Source: Candidatus Binatia bacterium (GTDB taxonomy: Bacteria; Desulfobacterota; Binatia; UBA9968). From it: a DNA stretch of 57,759 nt. The DNA lies in NCBI GenBank assembly GCA_041494945.1, contig JBGQBP010000001.1, positions 1 to 57,759 of the forward strand, written 5' to 3'. Under the pieces are notes generated by a model. That model was not told the DNA's origin. It worked only from the letters and a program-made list of their open reading frames with translations, and ran no database searches. Below, one piece after another: positions 1-10,612 of this stretch. The first letter of the stretch is position 1, and every line of letters starts with the position of its first letter. The translations under genes were made by a program, and so were the position numbers.

Positions 1-780
1 TCGAACTTTCTCTCCTGGTTGTAGATAAAGCAAAACGAAGCCTGCGAGGACAAGGACAAGACTGAACCACTGCGCCTCGGATAAGCCAAACGCGATCGGC
101 GGATTGACACGCCAGAACTCCACCGTGAATCGCGCCACCCCACTGAGGATAAGATAAAGCCAAAAGATCGTCCCGTCCGGGTGGGTTTTTTTTCTGAGCG
201 ACCACAGAATGCCGAAAATCACCAGCGATTGAAGGAACTCGTAAATCGGAGTCGGATGCACCTTCGTGCCGGGGGGATAGGGTAGACCGGTCAGAGGGTG
301 GACCCAGCCGATAATGGCATTGGTATATGCGACGCCCCACGGAACCGTCGTTTCCACTCCCCAATCGCCGTCGCCCGCGACGTGGCAGCCGATACGGCCG
401 ATACCGTATGCAATCGCCAACGCGGGTGCGCAAATGTCCGCGGCCTTGAGCCAGGGAATGCCTTCGCGCCTGACCACCCAGGTCGCCGCCAGCACTCCGC
501 CGATCACTCCTCCGTACCACGTAAAGCCCGCGCCAGTAAAAATAAATTCCCAAGGGTAGCGGACAAAATTCCTCCATTCCTCGAGAATGAACAGAATTCG
601 TGCGCCAAGGAGGCCGCCGACCGCGCCGGCAAAAACGAGCGTGGACGATAGCTCCGGATTGTAGCGATACCGCTTCAGCTCCAGCCAGGCGAGCCAGCCC
701 CCTACGATTGCGGCCAGCGCCATCAGCGTGCCGAAGCTGTAGACCGTAAACGGGCCAATCCGGAAAAGAACAGGATACAT
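1..780 (-). CDS. lgt: prolipoprotein diacylglyceryl transferase; 3' end runs off the window
   Basis: Absent from the ORF track because it is open at the window edge. Reverse translation from the ATG at 780-778 gives MYPVLFRIGPFTVYSFGTLMALAAIVGGW..., with GRIGCHVAGDGDWG and HPTPIYE (Lgt signature region) and several hydrophobic segments. Confidence 0.8.
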   Translation of the reverse strand, partial: MYPVLFRIGPFTVYSFGTLMALAAIVGGWLAWLELKRYRYNPELSSTLVFAGAVGGLLGARILFILEEWRNFVRYPWEFIFTGAGFTWYGGVIGGVLAATWVVRREGIPWLKAADICAPALAIAYGIGRIGCHVAGDGDWGVETTVPWGVAYTNAIIGWVHPLTGLPYPPGTKVHPTPIYEFLQSLVIFGILWSLRKKTHPDGTIFWLYLILSGVARFTVEFWRVNPPIAFGLSEAQWFSLVLVLAGFVLLYLQPGEKVR

Positions 781-1012
781 CGACTCAGCTCCTCAAACGA
801 TTTCCAACCGTACCGATTACGGTATCAGAAAGGCCGGGCGAATTCATCTTCGCGCTTACCGAGCGTCGCTTTTCTGCCGCGTCTTTGTGTTTAACCGGTT
901 CGGGGATGCCCTTGCCTAAAACCGGCCGGCGAACGGCCGCTCTCGAATTCCATTCTCGCAAAAGGCCTTTAGGCTCCTTGTTTTCCGCCGAGAAATATCT
1001 TTATCTGACGGC

Positions 1013-1450
1013 ATGCGCGTGCTCGTGCAGAGGATCACGCAGGCCAAGGTCACTGTGGAAGGAGCGGAAGTCGGCCGGGTAGGCGCGGGCCTTTGTCTGT
1101 TTTTCGGCGTGGCGAAAGACGACACCCGACAAAGCGCCGAATATCTGGCCGCGAAAATCGCCGACCTGAGAATTTTCGAAGACGAGAACGGCAAGCTAAA
1201 CCGCTCTCTCGGCGAGACCGGCGGCGAAGTCCTGGTCGTTTCGGAATTTACGCTCTACGGCGACTGCTCGAAAGGCAGGCGTCCTTCGTTCAGTCAAGCG
1301 GCGCCTCCGGAAGATGCTCGCCGACTTTACGACTATTTCGTTCTGAAGCTCAAGGATTTGGGACTCAAAGTCGCTACTGGAAATTTTCAGGCAAAGATGG
1401 AAGTCAGTCTCGTCAACGACGGACCGGTGACATTGATCATCGACGGTTGA
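1013..1450 (+). CDS. dtd: D-aminoacyl-tRNA deacylase
   Basis: 145 aa. [17 protein letters not shown]...[17 protein letters not shown]...[10 protein letters not shown] is the typical Dtd length and motif pattern. Confidence 0.9.
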   Translation: MRVLVQRITQAKVTVEGAEVGRVGAGLCLFFGVAKDDTRQSAEYLAAKIADLRIFEDENGKLNRSLGETGGEVLVVSEFTLYGDCSKGRRPSFSQAAPPEDARRLYDYFVLKLKDLGLKVATGNFQAKMEVSLVNDGPVTLIIDG

Positions 1451-1452
1451 AT

Positions 1453-1905
1453 ATGCACGTCGTTCTTTATCAACCGGAGATCCCGCAAAATACCGGCAGC
1501 ATCGCGCGGCTCTGCGCCGCAACGCGGACGCCGCTCCATCTCATCGCACCGCTCGGATTCAAGATCGATGACAAGCACGTGAAGCGCGCCGGTTTGGACT
1601 ATTGGCCCTACGTGGACGTGCGGCTCCACGATTCGTGGGAAGATTTTCTAATGAAGCATGGAGATAGCTCCCTGATGTTCTTTTCCAAAAAGGCGGTCCG
1701 GTCCTACACGCAGGCAAGTTACCAGGACGAAGATTTTCTTACCTTCGGCCCCGAGACCCGCGGGCTGCCGGAACAATGGCTGGATGCGCACGCCGGCCGC
1801 GCCTTTCGCATCCCCATGATGACGCAAGCGGTCCGCAGCCTCAACCTGTCGCACGCGGTTTCGATCGTGCTCTATGAAGCTTTACGGCAGTTGGGCAAGG
1901 TTTGA
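1453..1905 (+). CDS. trmL: tRNA (cytidine/uridine-2'-O)-methyltransferase, SpoU/TrmL type
   Basis: Internal ATG at 1453 within ORF 1093..1905, 3 nt after the dtd stop. MHVVLYQPEIPQNTGSIARLCAAT...LNLSHAVSIVLYEALRQ is the SPOUT knot region. The upstream 120 codons are R-rich and overlap dtd. Confidence 0.85.
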   Translation: MHVVLYQPEIPQNTGSIARLCAATRTPLHLIAPLGFKIDDKHVKRAGLDYWPYVDVRLHDSWEDFLMKHGDSSLMFFSKKAVRSYTQASYQDEDFLTFGPETRGLPEQWLDAHAGRAFRIPMMTQAVRSLNLSHAVSIVLYEALRQLGKV

Positions 1906-1975
1906 GGTATTGACCTACATTCTCAGTATGATTAACTAAGGGCCATCAAATTTCGACACAGGGGGAATCTAAATA

Positions 1976-3220
1976 ATGAGGTTGGGAAAGTTGCTGCGGG
2001 ATAAACAGCTTGCCTTATTGGCAACCTGTTTATCTATGTTTCTATTCGTTACGTCCATAGGCTCGTCAATCTTCGCCGCCGAGCCGCAAGCCGAAAAGAA
2101 AGAAGCCGCCGAGGCGCCCAAGGAATCGTTCAATCTGATTCTGCCCTTCACCGACCTGACCGTCGGCCAGGGGCAGGAAGTCACGATGGACGCGGAGATC
2201 GTCAATCGAACCAAGAATCCGGTCCAGGTGGGGCTATCGATCGAGGGGACACCGAGCGGCTGGGAAGTCGGGTTTAACTCGCGATATCCCAGCTATCCGA
2301 TACGCTCCGTGATGGTTCAAGGGGAGAAATCGACCACGGTTGAGTTCAAGGCCAAGGTCCCCGAGAACACCAAGCCCGGCAACTACGAATCCAGAGTGAG
2401 CGCCAAGGACGAGAGCGGAAAAACCACCTACAACGAAAAAGTCGTCTTTCGTGTCACCTCGAAAAAAGTCGAGACCGGAGGCCTCAAGCTCACGAGCCAA
2501 TACCCCGTTTTGACCACCCCGTCGGGCCAGACGCTGAAGTTTACCGTGGACTTAAAGAACGAGACCAATAAACCCCTCACCGCCTCCCTGGTCACCCAGG
2601 CGCCCACCGGATGGGCGGTGCGCTTTAAGCCGCAATACGGCGACACGCAGATCTCTTCGATCCAGCTCAAGGAGAACGCGACCGAGACATTGAGCGTGGA
2701 AATCGACTCCCCGTCGCGCGCCGACGCAGGCGAATATCCGGTTACCGTAAGAGCCAGGGCCGGCGCGTTCGAAGCCTCGACCAACTTGAAGGTCACGCTC
2801 AAGGGAGTCACCGATCTTAAAATGGGCACCGTGAGCGGCACACTCAATGCCTCGGCCACGGCAGGACAAAAAACCCCGGTTCCTTTTCTCGTGGCCAACG
2901 CTGGCACCGCTTCTGTACGCAACCTCGCGTTCGTCACCAAAAAGCCGGATAAATGGACGATAGAATTCAAACCGGACAAAATCGACGCGCTCAATCCGGG
3001 AGAGGTTCGTGAGATATCAATGGAGATCACGGCGCCCGTGCGCGCCATCGCCGGCGACTATGCGATCACGGTTTCCGCCAACAGTTCCGACACGACGAAG
3101 ACCGTTGACTTCAGAGTAACGGTCGCGACCGCAACGCTGTGGGGCTGGATCGGCGCGGCGATCGTTGCCGCCGTGGTGTTGGGACTCGCTATCGTTTTTT
3201 GGCGTCTGGGCCGGCGATGA
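1976..3220 (+). CDS. NEW3/COG1470-like repeat protein with N-terminal signal and C-terminal TM anchor
   Basis: 414 aa. Four repeats follow the pattern 'V.L.N.T..P..V.L...P.GW.V.F.P', and the C-terminal helix is [21 protein letters not shown]. It lies directly upstream of an ABC ATPase and an ABC-2 permease. Confidence 0.6.
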   Translation: MRLGKLLRDKQLALLATCLSMFLFVTSIGSSIFAAEPQAEKKEAAEAPKESFNLILPFTDLTVGQGQEVTMDAEIVNRTKNPVQVGLSIEGTPSGWEVGFNSRYPSYPIRSVMVQGEKSTTVEFKAKVPENTKPGNYESRVSAKDESGKTTYNEKVVFRVTSKKVETGGLKLTSQYPVLTTPSGQTLKFTVDLKNETNKPLTASLVTQAPTGWAVRFKPQYGDTQISSIQLKENATETLSVEIDSPSRADAGEYPVTVRARAGAFEASTNLKVTLKGVTDLKMGTVSGTLNASATAGQKTPVPFLVANAGTASVRNLAFVTKKPDKWTIEFKPDKIDALNPGEVREISMEITAPVRAIAGDYAITVSANSSDTTKTVDFRVTVATATLWGWIGAAIVAAVVLGLAIVFWRLGRR

Positions 3221-4149
3221 CAGCTGTTATCGAAACCAACGGCCTCACCAAGCGCTATCGGGATCTGATCGCCGTCAACGGTCTCAGTTTCAGCGTCGAG
3301 GAAGGGGAGATTTTCGGTTTTCTCGGACCGAACGGCGCCGGCAAGACGACAACCATCCTGATGCTCCTGGGGCTGACCGAGCCCACCGCCGGCGAAGTCA
3401 GAGTTTGCGGATTCGACCCGGCGCGCCAACCCATCGAAGTAAAGAGGCGCGTCGGCTACCTGCCGGAAAATCCCGGATTTTACGACGATCTGAGCGGCCG
3501 GGAGAACCTTCTCTATATCGCCCGCCTCAATCGCATTCCGGAGACGGAGGCCAGGCAAAGAATTACGCAGATGTTGGAGCAGGTCGGCTTGGCCGGTGAC
3601 GGCGACCGCAACGTCAGGGAATACTCGCGCGGCATGAAGCAGCGGCTCGGCATCGCGGAGGTTCTGGTGAAAGAGCCGCAGGTGCTCATTCTCGACGAAC
3701 CGACGCTCGGACTCGATCCCGACGGCGCGGTTCGCATCCTCGATCTCATCACCGGGCTAAGCCGCGAGCGCGGACTCACCGTGCTGCTGTCGTCTCATAT
3801 GCTGCATCAAGTGCAGCAGATGTGCCACCGTGTGGGCATCATCGTCAAAGGAAAAATGATCGTGATGGGAGAAGTGGATAAGCTCGGCAGCGCCGCCTTC
3901 GAAGAGCGCCAGTGGAATTTTCTGCTCGAAATCGGCGGCCGCACCGACGGGATCGAGAGCGAGCTGCGCGCCCTTCCCGGCGTCGCGGCGATCGAGCCGC
4001 GGAGTCGCGGCTGGTTTGTCCGCTGCACCGAGGACATCCGGCCGCAAGTAGCGGCTTTAGTCGTTAGAAAAGGTCTTTCTCTGCTCCAGCTCCGCTCCGA
4101 GGAAACGACGCTGGAAGAAATCTACTTAAAATATTTTCGCGAGGCTTAA
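3217..4149 (+). CDS. ABC transporter ATP-binding protein (ABC-2/exporter type)
   Basis: The start at 3217 forms an ATGA overlap with the upstream stop. Walker [10 protein letters not shown], signature YSRGMKQRL, Walker [12 protein letters not shown]. Confidence 0.9.
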   Translation: MTAVIETNGLTKRYRDLIAVNGLSFSVEEGEIFGFLGPNGAGKTTTILMLLGLTEPTAGEVRVCGFDPARQPIEVKRRVGYLPENPGFYDDLSGRENLLYIARLNRIPETEARQRITQMLEQVGLAGDGDRNVREYSRGMKQRLGIAEVLVKEPQVLILDEPTLGLDPDGAVRILDLITGLSRERGLTVLLSSHMLHQVQQMCHRVGIIVKGKMIVMGEVDKLGSAAFEERQWNFLLEIGGRTDGIESELRALPGVAAIEPRSRGWFVRCTEDIRPQVAALVVRKGLSLLQLRSEETTLEEIYLKYFREA

Positions 4150-4151
4150 CG

Positions 4152-5075
4152 ATGACCGTAGTTTTTTGGAAAGAGCTTGGCGATCACTTCAGCAGTCGCC
4201 GCTTCATGATTCTGCTGGCTATTATCGTGCTTACGGGCGTGTGGGCGATCTACGCATCCGGTCAGTCTATTCGGCAAGACGCCGAAGGCACATCCGTCGA
4301 ATCCGTCTTTCTTCTTCTGCTTACCTCGCAGAGCGGCGGTCTCTTATCGCTTACAACCTTTCTCGGTCTGCTTGGCCCGTTGGTCGGGATCATGCTCGGA
4401 TTCGACGCCATCAGCGGCGAGTACGCGCGCGGCACGCTCTCCCGCGTGCTCTCGCAGCCGATTTATCGCGATAGCCTCATCAACGGAAAGTTTTTGGCGG
4501 GACTCGCCACGGTGGCGACTCTCTGGGCTTCGATTCTCCTCCTGGTCATCGGCTTGGGGATTGTCCTGGTCGGCTTTCCTCCTAACGCCGAAGAACTCTG
4601 GAGAATGCTCATTTTTACCATTGTAGGAATTGTTTATGTCGGATTCTGGCTCGCCTTGGCGCTGCTTTTTTCGCTGTTGTTCCAACGTACCGTAACTGCG
4701 GCGTTGGCCTCATTGGCGCTTTGGCTTTTCCTTGCTATTTTCGCGCCGCTGATTGCCCAGATCGCGGCGAATTTTATCGTGCCGGATCCATCCACGCCCG
4801 AGCAGGCGGCGCGCCAGGTCGATATCGCTGCCATGATCGGGCGCATCTCCCCCACCACACTCTACGAAGAAGCCGTGCACGTGATCCTGAACCCCCTCGC
4901 CCGCCTGTTGGGCGCGGCGCAGGCCGAACAAACTCAGGGAATACTGCTCACCCCGCTTGCTCTCGATCAAAGCCTGTTGCTCATCTTGCCTCAGTTTACG
5001 ACTCTCATCGCTCTGGTGTGTGTCTGCTTCGGCATCTGCTACATCAAATTCATGCGCGTTGAGATCCGCGCCTGA
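4152..5075 (+). CDS. ABC-2 family transporter permease
   Basis: 307 aa with about 6 hydrophobic segments. It starts 3 nt after the ATPase stop. Confidence 0.75.
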   Translation: MTVVFWKELGDHFSSRRFMILLAIIVLTGVWAIYASGQSIRQDAEGTSVESVFLLLLTSQSGGLLSLTTFLGLLGPLVGIMLGFDAISGEYARGTLSRVLSQPIYRDSLINGKFLAGLATVATLWASILLLVIGLGIVLVGFPPNAEELWRMLIFTIVGIVYVGFWLALALLFSLLFQRTVTAALASLALWLFLAIFAPLIAQIAANFIVPDPSTPEQAARQVDIAAMIGRISPTTLYEEAVHVILNPLARLLGAAQAEQTQGILLTPLALDQSLLLILPQFTTLIALVCVCFGICYIKFMRVEIRA

Positions 5076-5127
5076 TCCGAAGCTTCCCGCTCTCCAGACT
5101 AAAAGCCCAGCCAGAATGCTTTATGTA

Positions 5128-5144
5128 TTGACTATTAATGTCAA
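5128..5144. promoter_or_regulatory. 17-bp palindrome TTGAC-TATTAAT-GTCAA upstream of the ubiD-like gene; possible operator overlapping a -35-like hexamer
   Basis: Inverted arms TTGAC/GTCAA read directly, in an AT-rich spacer 50 nt upstream of the GTG start. Confidence 0.25.
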
Positions 5145-5192
5145 AATAATCTAATGTAGGTTCTGTACCGACTTTGCAAATGAGGAGGACAT

Positions 5193-6614
5193 GTGGCTTA
5201 TCGTGATTTGCGGGAATATCTCGCCGCGTTAGAGAAAAAAGGGAAACTTAGAAGAGTCAAAAGAGAAGTCGACAAAGATTGGGAGATCGCGGCGGTGTGC
5301 CGCCAACTCTTTTTTAAGATTCCTCCCGAGCGAAGGCCCGCTCTGATGTTTGAAAACGTGAAGGGGTTCAGCATGCCGGTCGTCGCTGGGGTGCTGGGGG
5401 CGTCCCGGCACGTCTATGCAGTCGGCCTGGAAACCGATTCGGTCGAGGGGATCAATCGCAAATGGGATAACGCTCTGGAGAAACCGATCCCGCCGGTGGT
5501 CGTCAAGAGCGGCCCTTGCAAAGAAAACATCCTGCGCGGCGATCAGGTGGATATCCTCAAACTACCCGTACCGGTTTGGACGGTGGGAGAGGATCCGGGC
5601 CCTTTCTTTACCTCGCCGTACGTGATCACAAAAGATCCTGAAACCGGCGTGCGCAACGTCGGCACCTACCGAATGGAGGTCAAGGGGCGCAACAAAACCG
5701 GCTTTCTCATCGGCAACCGGCAAGACGCGTCCTGGCACATCAGGAAGAACGATGAGCAGAACAGGCCCACGCCCGTGGCGGTAGTCATCGGCGCAGACCC
5801 GACCATCGGCTACGTTTCGGTGTCCAAGATATCGGAAGACGTGGACGAGTTCGCCATCGCCGGGGCGCTCAGAGGCGAGCCGGTGGAGCTGGTTCCTTGC
5901 GAGACGGTTCCTCTTGAAGTGCCCGCGACTGCCGAGATCGTCCTGGAGGGAGAAATCCCCGCGAACGTGCGCGAACAGGAGGGGCCCTTCGGAGAATATA
6001 CCGGCTACATGGGTCCTCCCGGCAAGCAGCCCATCTTTAACATCAAGTGCATGACGTTCCGAAATAATCCGATCTACCAAGCCTTCATCAGCCAGAAACC
6101 GCCGTCGGAGTCGAGCTGCATCCGCGGGGTGGGGCGGGAGTGGCCCTTGTTCAAGCATCTCAAGTACACCCTCCGGCTGCCCATTAAAGATATACGGCTC
6201 AAAGAAGCCGGTGGCAGCGGCGCTTACGTCGTGGTCTCGATGAAAAAACAGTTCGACAGCCAGGTCAAACAGGTGATGTACGCGATCTGGTCCCTGAGAA
6301 CAGGTTTTGGCAAGATCACCGTCGTGGTTGATGACGACATCAACGTATGGGACGACTTCGATGTGGATTGGGCGCTAAGCTGGAGAGTCCGGCCGGACAA
6401 AGACGTTTACATCGAGAAGGATGTGCAGGCAGTGGGGCTGGATCCCTCTCAGGCCCCGCCTTCCGTGCCGCAGCACCACCCGACCCGTGACGTGGGCTCA
6501 CGCGTTGCCATCGACGCGACCAGAAAACACGATTACCCGGCGATTTCGCTTCCGCCTAAAGAGCACCTCGATCGGGTTGCAGCGAAGTGGGAGGAGTACG
6601 GGATCGGCGACTAG
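5193..6614 (+). CDS. UbiD family (prenyl-FMN dependent) decarboxylase
   Basis: 473 aa. N-terminus YRDLREYLAALEKKGKLRRVKREVDKDWEIAAV and central GPFGEYTGYM are typical UbiD features. GTG start with GAGGAGG upstream. Confidence 0.85.
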   Translation: MAYRDLREYLAALEKKGKLRRVKREVDKDWEIAAVCRQLFFKIPPERRPALMFENVKGFSMPVVAGVLGASRHVYAVGLETDSVEGINRKWDNALEKPIPPVVVKSGPCKENILRGDQVDILKLPVPVWTVGEDPGPFFTSPYVITKDPETGVRNVGTYRMEVKGRNKTGFLIGNRQDASWHIRKNDEQNRPTPVAVVIGADPTIGYVSVSKISEDVDEFAIAGALRGEPVELVPCETVPLEVPATAEIVLEGEIPANVREQEGPFGEYTGYMGPPGKQPIFNIKCMTFRNNPIYQAFISQKPPSESSCIRGVGREWPLFKHLKYTLRLPIKDIRLKEAGGSGAYVVVSMKKQFDSQVKQVMYAIWSLRTGFGKITVVVDDDINVWDDFDVDWALSWRVRPDKDVYIEKDVQAVGLDPSQAPPSVPQHHPTRDVGSRVAIDATRKHDYPAISLPPKEHLDRVAAKWEEYGIGD

Positions 6615-7138
6615 GATTTGCGCGCCTTGGGTGACGGTGCGCGCATCTTTTTAGCCGCCGCCAGAATCGACTCGATGATTTTTTTGTAGCCGGTGCAGCG
6701 GCAGATGTTGCCGTGCATGAAGTGTTTGATGTGATCTTCGGTAGGCTCGGGATTCTCTTCCAGCATGACCTTGGCCGCAAGAATCATTCCCGGCGTGCAA
6801 AAACCGCACTGAAATCCGCCGTGCTCGATGAACGCTTCCTGCAGGGGATGAAGCTTGCCGTTCTCGGCCAGCCCCTCGATGGTTTGGACCTGCTTTCCCC
6901 TCGCCTCAAACGCCGGCAGAGTGCACGAGCTGACCGGTCTCCCGTCCAAGAGCAGCGTGCAGGCGCCGCAGACCTGGACATCGCAGGATCTCTTGGCGCC
7001 GGTCAGCCCCAACCGGTCGCGGACCACGTCCAACAGTAATTCGTGCGGCTCCACTTCCAATTCATATGTTTTTCCGTTGACGGCCAAAGAAAGTGAGATT
7101 GTTTGAGCGTTGCGCGGTTTGGACATCAAGCTTGCCAT
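6611..7138 (-). CDS. (2Fe-2S)-binding small subunit of a xanthine dehydrogenase/CO dehydrogenase family enzyme (CoxS-like)
   Basis: CDVQVCGACTLLLDG..SSC, QCGFCTPGMI and GNICRCTGY cysteine motifs. Confidence 0.9.
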   Translation of the reverse strand: MASLMSKPRNAQTISLSLAVNGKTYELEVEPHELLLDVVRDRLGLTGAKRSCDVQVCGACTLLLDGRPVSSCTLPAFEARGKQVQTIEGLAENGKLHPLQEAFIEHGGFQCGFCTPGMILAAKVMLEENPEPTEDHIKHFMHGNICRCTGYKKIIESILAAAKKMRAPSPKARKS

Positions 7139-7163
7139 TACATTACCGTTTCCCTGCGAAATT

Positions 7164-8030
7164 TCACCTGCACTGCTCCACCGCTTGCTGGAAAGCCCGC
7201 TTCAACAAGACTCCGACGATGTGCTCCTTATAGTCCTGCGATCCGTGAAGATCACTGATCGCCTGGCTCGCGCGCGCGGCGGCGGCACCGGCATCCACGA
7301 TCGAACGAGATGCTTCATCGACGGATTTTCCCTTTAGGAGGGACTCCGCTTCTTGAATCCTCTTGGGTATGGGCCCCACACAGCCAACGGCGACGCGCGC
7401 TTCGGCGATCGAGTTCGCATTTTCATTCAGAGACAGAAACAGGGCCACGCCGACACTGGGCCGCTCCAGATAGCCGAACTTCAAGTAAACCACTCCGGAG
7501 CGGGCAGGGAGAAGCGGCACTCGAATCTCGGTGAGGATCTCGTCCGGTTCGAGACGAGTTTCGTAGGCATCCACGAAAAAATTATCGATCGGAATCTCAC
7601 GGCTACCTGTCTCATTCGCCGCAACCAGTCGCGCGGCCAGAACCAACAGCATCGTCCCCGGATCGGCGTGCGGCTCGGCAAAGCAAAGATTTCCGCCGAT
7701 GGTTCCGACTTCGCGGACGCGGATGTTGGCAACGTTTGCCTCCATCGCGGCGAAAGCGGGCAGGCGCCGCTGCGCCGCCGGAGAGAGAGAAAGTTGTCTG
7801 TGCGTGGACAGGGCGCCGATGGAGATCACACCGTTGTCCTGCCTCACCTGGTCCAGATTGGGAATTTTTTTTACATTAACGAGGCGCTCGTAATGGGCCA
7901 GACCTTCTTTCATCACCAGCAGCAGCTCGGTTCCGCCCGCATAGATGCGGGCCGACTCTCCATAGCGAGCCAATAGTTGAGCCGCTGCTTGAACGCTTTC
8001 CGGCTCTTCCAAGCGAAACCGCCGCAGCAT
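7164..8030 (-). CDS. FAD-binding medium subunit (CoxM-like), xanthine dehydrogenase family subunit M
   Basis: 288 aa. IYAGGTELLLVMK and GTIGGNL motifs. Directly upstream of the 2Fe-2S subunit. Confidence 0.85.
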   Translation of the reverse strand: MLRRFRLEEPESVQAAAQLLARYGESARIYAGGTELLLVMKEGLAHYERLVNVKKIPNLDQVRQDNGVISIGALSTHRQLSLSPAAQRRLPAFAAMEANVANIRVREVGTIGGNLCFAEPHADPGTMLLVLAARLVAANETGSREIPIDNFFVDAYETRLEPDEILTEIRVPLLPARSGVVYLKFGYLERPSVGVALFLSLNENANSIAEARVAVGCVGPIPKRIQEAESLLKGKSVDEASRSIVDAGAAAARASQAISDLHGSQDYKEHIVGVLLKRAFQQAVEQCR

Positions 8031-8031
8031 G

Positions 8032-8484
8032 TTAGGCGGCTCCTTCCAATTTCCGCTTCAACGCCTGCGCGAATTCATCCATCACCTGATCCGCTCGGCG
8101 CTTGATGATACTGTGGCCCAACGTCGCCAGCTTGCCGAGGATATCTACGGACACAGTCAAAGCGAGAGCCGTTTTGTCTCCGTTGCCGGTCAAATGGATT
8201 TCAAGATCGACCTTCATACGGCTTCCCATCTTGCTGTCGTTTCCCGTCGCCTGCGCCTTGATATAGGAAAGCTCCTGACTTTCGATCACGTCGATCCGCA
8301 TCGGAAACTCGACCCGAAAGGGTCCGACTTTTTCCGTCATGGTCGCGGTGTAGCGCTTCCCCGCCTCTACCGTTTGCGCCTCCCGGCAGCCCGGAACGCA
8401 GGCGATGAAGCGATCGACGTCCCAGAGAAATTGCCAAACTCTCTCCTTCGAATTGCCAATCTCGATCTCACGCTGAAATTGCAA
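8032..8484 (-). CDS. SRPBCC/CoxG family protein
   Basis: 150 aa. MQFQREIEIGNSKERVWQFLWDVDRFIACVPGC... resembles carbon monoxide dehydrogenase subunit G. There is a 1-nt gap to the next gene. Confidence 0.75.
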   Translation of the reverse strand: MQFQREIEIGNSKERVWQFLWDVDRFIACVPGCREAQTVEAGKRYTATMTEKVGPFRVEFPMRIDVIESQELSYIKAQATGNDSKMGSRMKVDLEIHLTGNGDKTALALTVSVDILGKLATLGHSIIKRRADQVMDEFAQALKRKLEGAA

Positions 8485-8613
8485 GGCAAATCCCCCTTTG
8501 CAGCTTTAGCTATCAAATACGATTCGAAGGCGCAAACAAGTGGCTACCCTGCTGAAGCTATGCGTGCTATTGGATAGGACGGCAAAAAAGGGGCGACTTG
8601 AAGAAAGGCCAAT

Positions 8614-9609
8614 TCAGGCGCCGATGACGCTGTCCTTGATATCCTTGAATTCTTTACTCAGAAAATCTTTGAGCTTTTTTTTCAATCGCTCTTCGATTTG
8701 CCGCACGCGCTCTCGGCTGATGCCGTATCGTTCGCCGATCTCGCGTAACGTCAGTGGCTCCTCGCTCAGGAGTCGCTCACGGAATATGACCAGCTCTTTA
8801 TCCCTGAGTCCGCCGGCAAACTGTTCGATCTTATCGCCAAGGACCTGCCGGTACTCGGCCGCCGCAAAGCTCTCCTCCGGTGTTTCTTTATTGTCCGCCA
8901 AAAAATTTAGCAGGGTCGCTTCCCCGTCCTCCCCGACGGGGATATCGGTGGATAGATCGCGGTTGGCGAGGCGCTGCTCCATCTCCACCACCTCGCCCTC
9001 TTTCACGTCCAATCGCTGGGCCAGGAGCTTCGGACCGGAAGTAAATCCTTCGGCTTCGAGCTTTTCCTTTTCTTTCTGCAGATTGAAGAAAAGCTTACGC
9101 TGTGCCTGGGTCGTCCCGATCTTGACCATGCGCCAGTTATTGACGATGTAGCGAATGATGTAGGCCCGGATCCACCATACCGCGTACGATGGAAAGCGAA
9201 CGCCCCGATAAGGATCGAAGTTCTTGACCGCCTCCATCAGACCTATGTTTCCCTCTTGAATGAGATCCAGAAGAGTTCGAAAAGCTCTTTGATATTCCCG
9301 CGCGATCATCACCACCAGACGCAGGTTAGACGTCACGAGCTTATACGCGGCGTCGACCTTGCCGTACTCTTTGTATTCAACCGCCAGTCGGTGCTCTTCC
9401 TCGCGGCTTAAAAGCGGATAGCGCCGGATTTCCGTTAGGTACCGTTGGAGCGGGTCGTACGGGACAAGATTTTTGGAGAGAGATTTGTCTTCGTCCGGCA
9501 AATCGATCTTTGAATTATAGAGATCGATCTCGTTCGGGAAGGCTTTCTCTGCACGATCGTCCTTCCGCTTAGACATGAAAGCTCTGGGCCGCCGCGGACC
9601 ACCACTCAC
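8614..9609 (-). CDS. rpoH: RNA polymerase sigma-32 type factor; start may be the ATG at 9576
   Basis: Region 2 LRLVVMIAREY, DLIQEGNIGLMEAVKNFDP. RpoH-box-like QAQRKLFFNLQKEK. Region 4 LREIGERYGISRERVRQIE. Confidence 0.8.
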   Translation of the reverse strand: MSGGPRRPRAFMSKRKDDRAEKAFPNEIDLYNSKIDLPDEDKSLSKNLVPYDPLQRYLTEIRRYPLLSREEEHRLAVEYKEYGKVDAAYKLVTSNLRLVVMIAREYQRAFRTLLDLIQEGNIGLMEAVKNFDPYRGVRFPSYAVWWIRAYIIRYIVNNWRMVKIGTTQAQRKLFFNLQKEKEKLEAEGFTSGPKLLAQRLDVKEGEVVEMEQRLANRDLSTDIPVGEDGEATLLNFLADNKETPEESFAAAEYRQVLGDKIEQFAGGLRDKELVIFRERLLSEEPLTLREIGERYGISRERVRQIEERLKKKLKDFLSKEFKDIKDSVIGA

Positions 9610-9747
9610 CGTGAGTCACAAAATCGCCGCCACAGTCATAAAAATATACCTTCTTTCTAGAGCGGTTTCAAGCAAAGAGCAAGAAACACTCCGGTGGGAT
9701 TTAGGTCGGAAGATCAAAGGTGGGACGAGCAAAAAAAGTAAATGGAG

Positions 9748-9954
9748 TTACACGGGTTTGAGTTCTTTTGAGGCCTTTTTTTTGACTTCTCCCGCGGCGA
9801 TCTCTCTCAAAGCCACAACCACTTCGCGGTTATTGCTCTCGATGAGAGGCTTGGCCCCTTTAAAAAGCTGCCTGGCCCTCTGAGACGCCAGAATCACCAA
9901 CTCGAAGCGGCTGTTAACTTTCTCGAGACAATCCTCCACGGTAATTCGAGCCAT
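9748..9954 (-). CDS. rpoZ: DNA-directed RNA polymerase subunit omega
   Basis: Internal ATG at 9954 of ORF 9748..10080. [30 protein letters not shown] is the canonical RpoZ N-terminus. Confidence 0.85.
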   Translation of the reverse strand: MARITVEDCLEKVNSRFELVILASQRARQLFKGAKPLIESNNREVVVALREIAAGEVKKKASKELKPV

Positions 9955-10030
9955 AACGACTTTCCTCCACTCGTTAACTGTTACGGTTATCAGTTGACCA
10001 GATTCTCCCCCCGTAGTCAAACCGTCCGCC

Positions 10031-10573
10031 TTGACAAGCCGTATTCTTACCCATATCTTCGGCGCACGCAGGGAACACACCGTGCCCGGTCTTTTCAGAA
10101 AAATACGAGAACTATTGGGGTCGTCATTCGTACAAAATGGAAAATCTAAAACGCACGGTCCAATACAGATTCTAGAAGAAAGCTATCGTGATCTGTGCAG
10201 TCTCAGCCGGCAACTTTTCAGCCACGCGGAAAGAGCGCCGTATCCCCACGTGGCGCGGCAATTGCGGCAAATGGCCGAGGAAGCGCGATCGAGCGCTAAT
10301 TTCCTGCGCGATAAGATCCTAAGCACGGGGAAGAGAATAGAAGAAATATCCGGCGACGTGAAATCGGGAAAAAATCACTGGGAGAGAATGGTGCAGGACT
10401 TAAGCGATGAGAGGGAAATCGAAACCCGTTTCCTGGAACGAGCGGCGCTCATGGATGAAGCGGCCCCGGAAGCAGCAGAGCTGCTGCGGCAGATTGCGGT
10501 TTCGCATCGTCCTCACATTGATGCGCTTCTGGATCTTATCGCCCGCGCCGATCCTCAGGCCGAACAAACTTGA
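10031..10573 (+). CDS. hypothetical helical protein; start uncertain (TTG 10031 or GTG 10082)
   Basis: Open frame with coding-like composition, divergent from rpoZ. No motif recognised. Confidence 0.4.
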   Translation: MTSRILTHIFGARREHTVPGLFRKIRELLGSSFVQNGKSKTHGPIQILEESYRDLCSLSRQLFSHAERAPYPHVARQLRQMAEEARSSANFLRDKILSTGKRIEEISGDVKSGKNHWERMVQDLSDEREIETRFLERAALMDEAAPEAAELLRQIAVSHRPHIDALLDLIARADPQAEQT

Positions 10574-10612
10574 ACCGCTACGGCCCGCCGTTCAAAACCC
10601 GAAGGAGCATCT

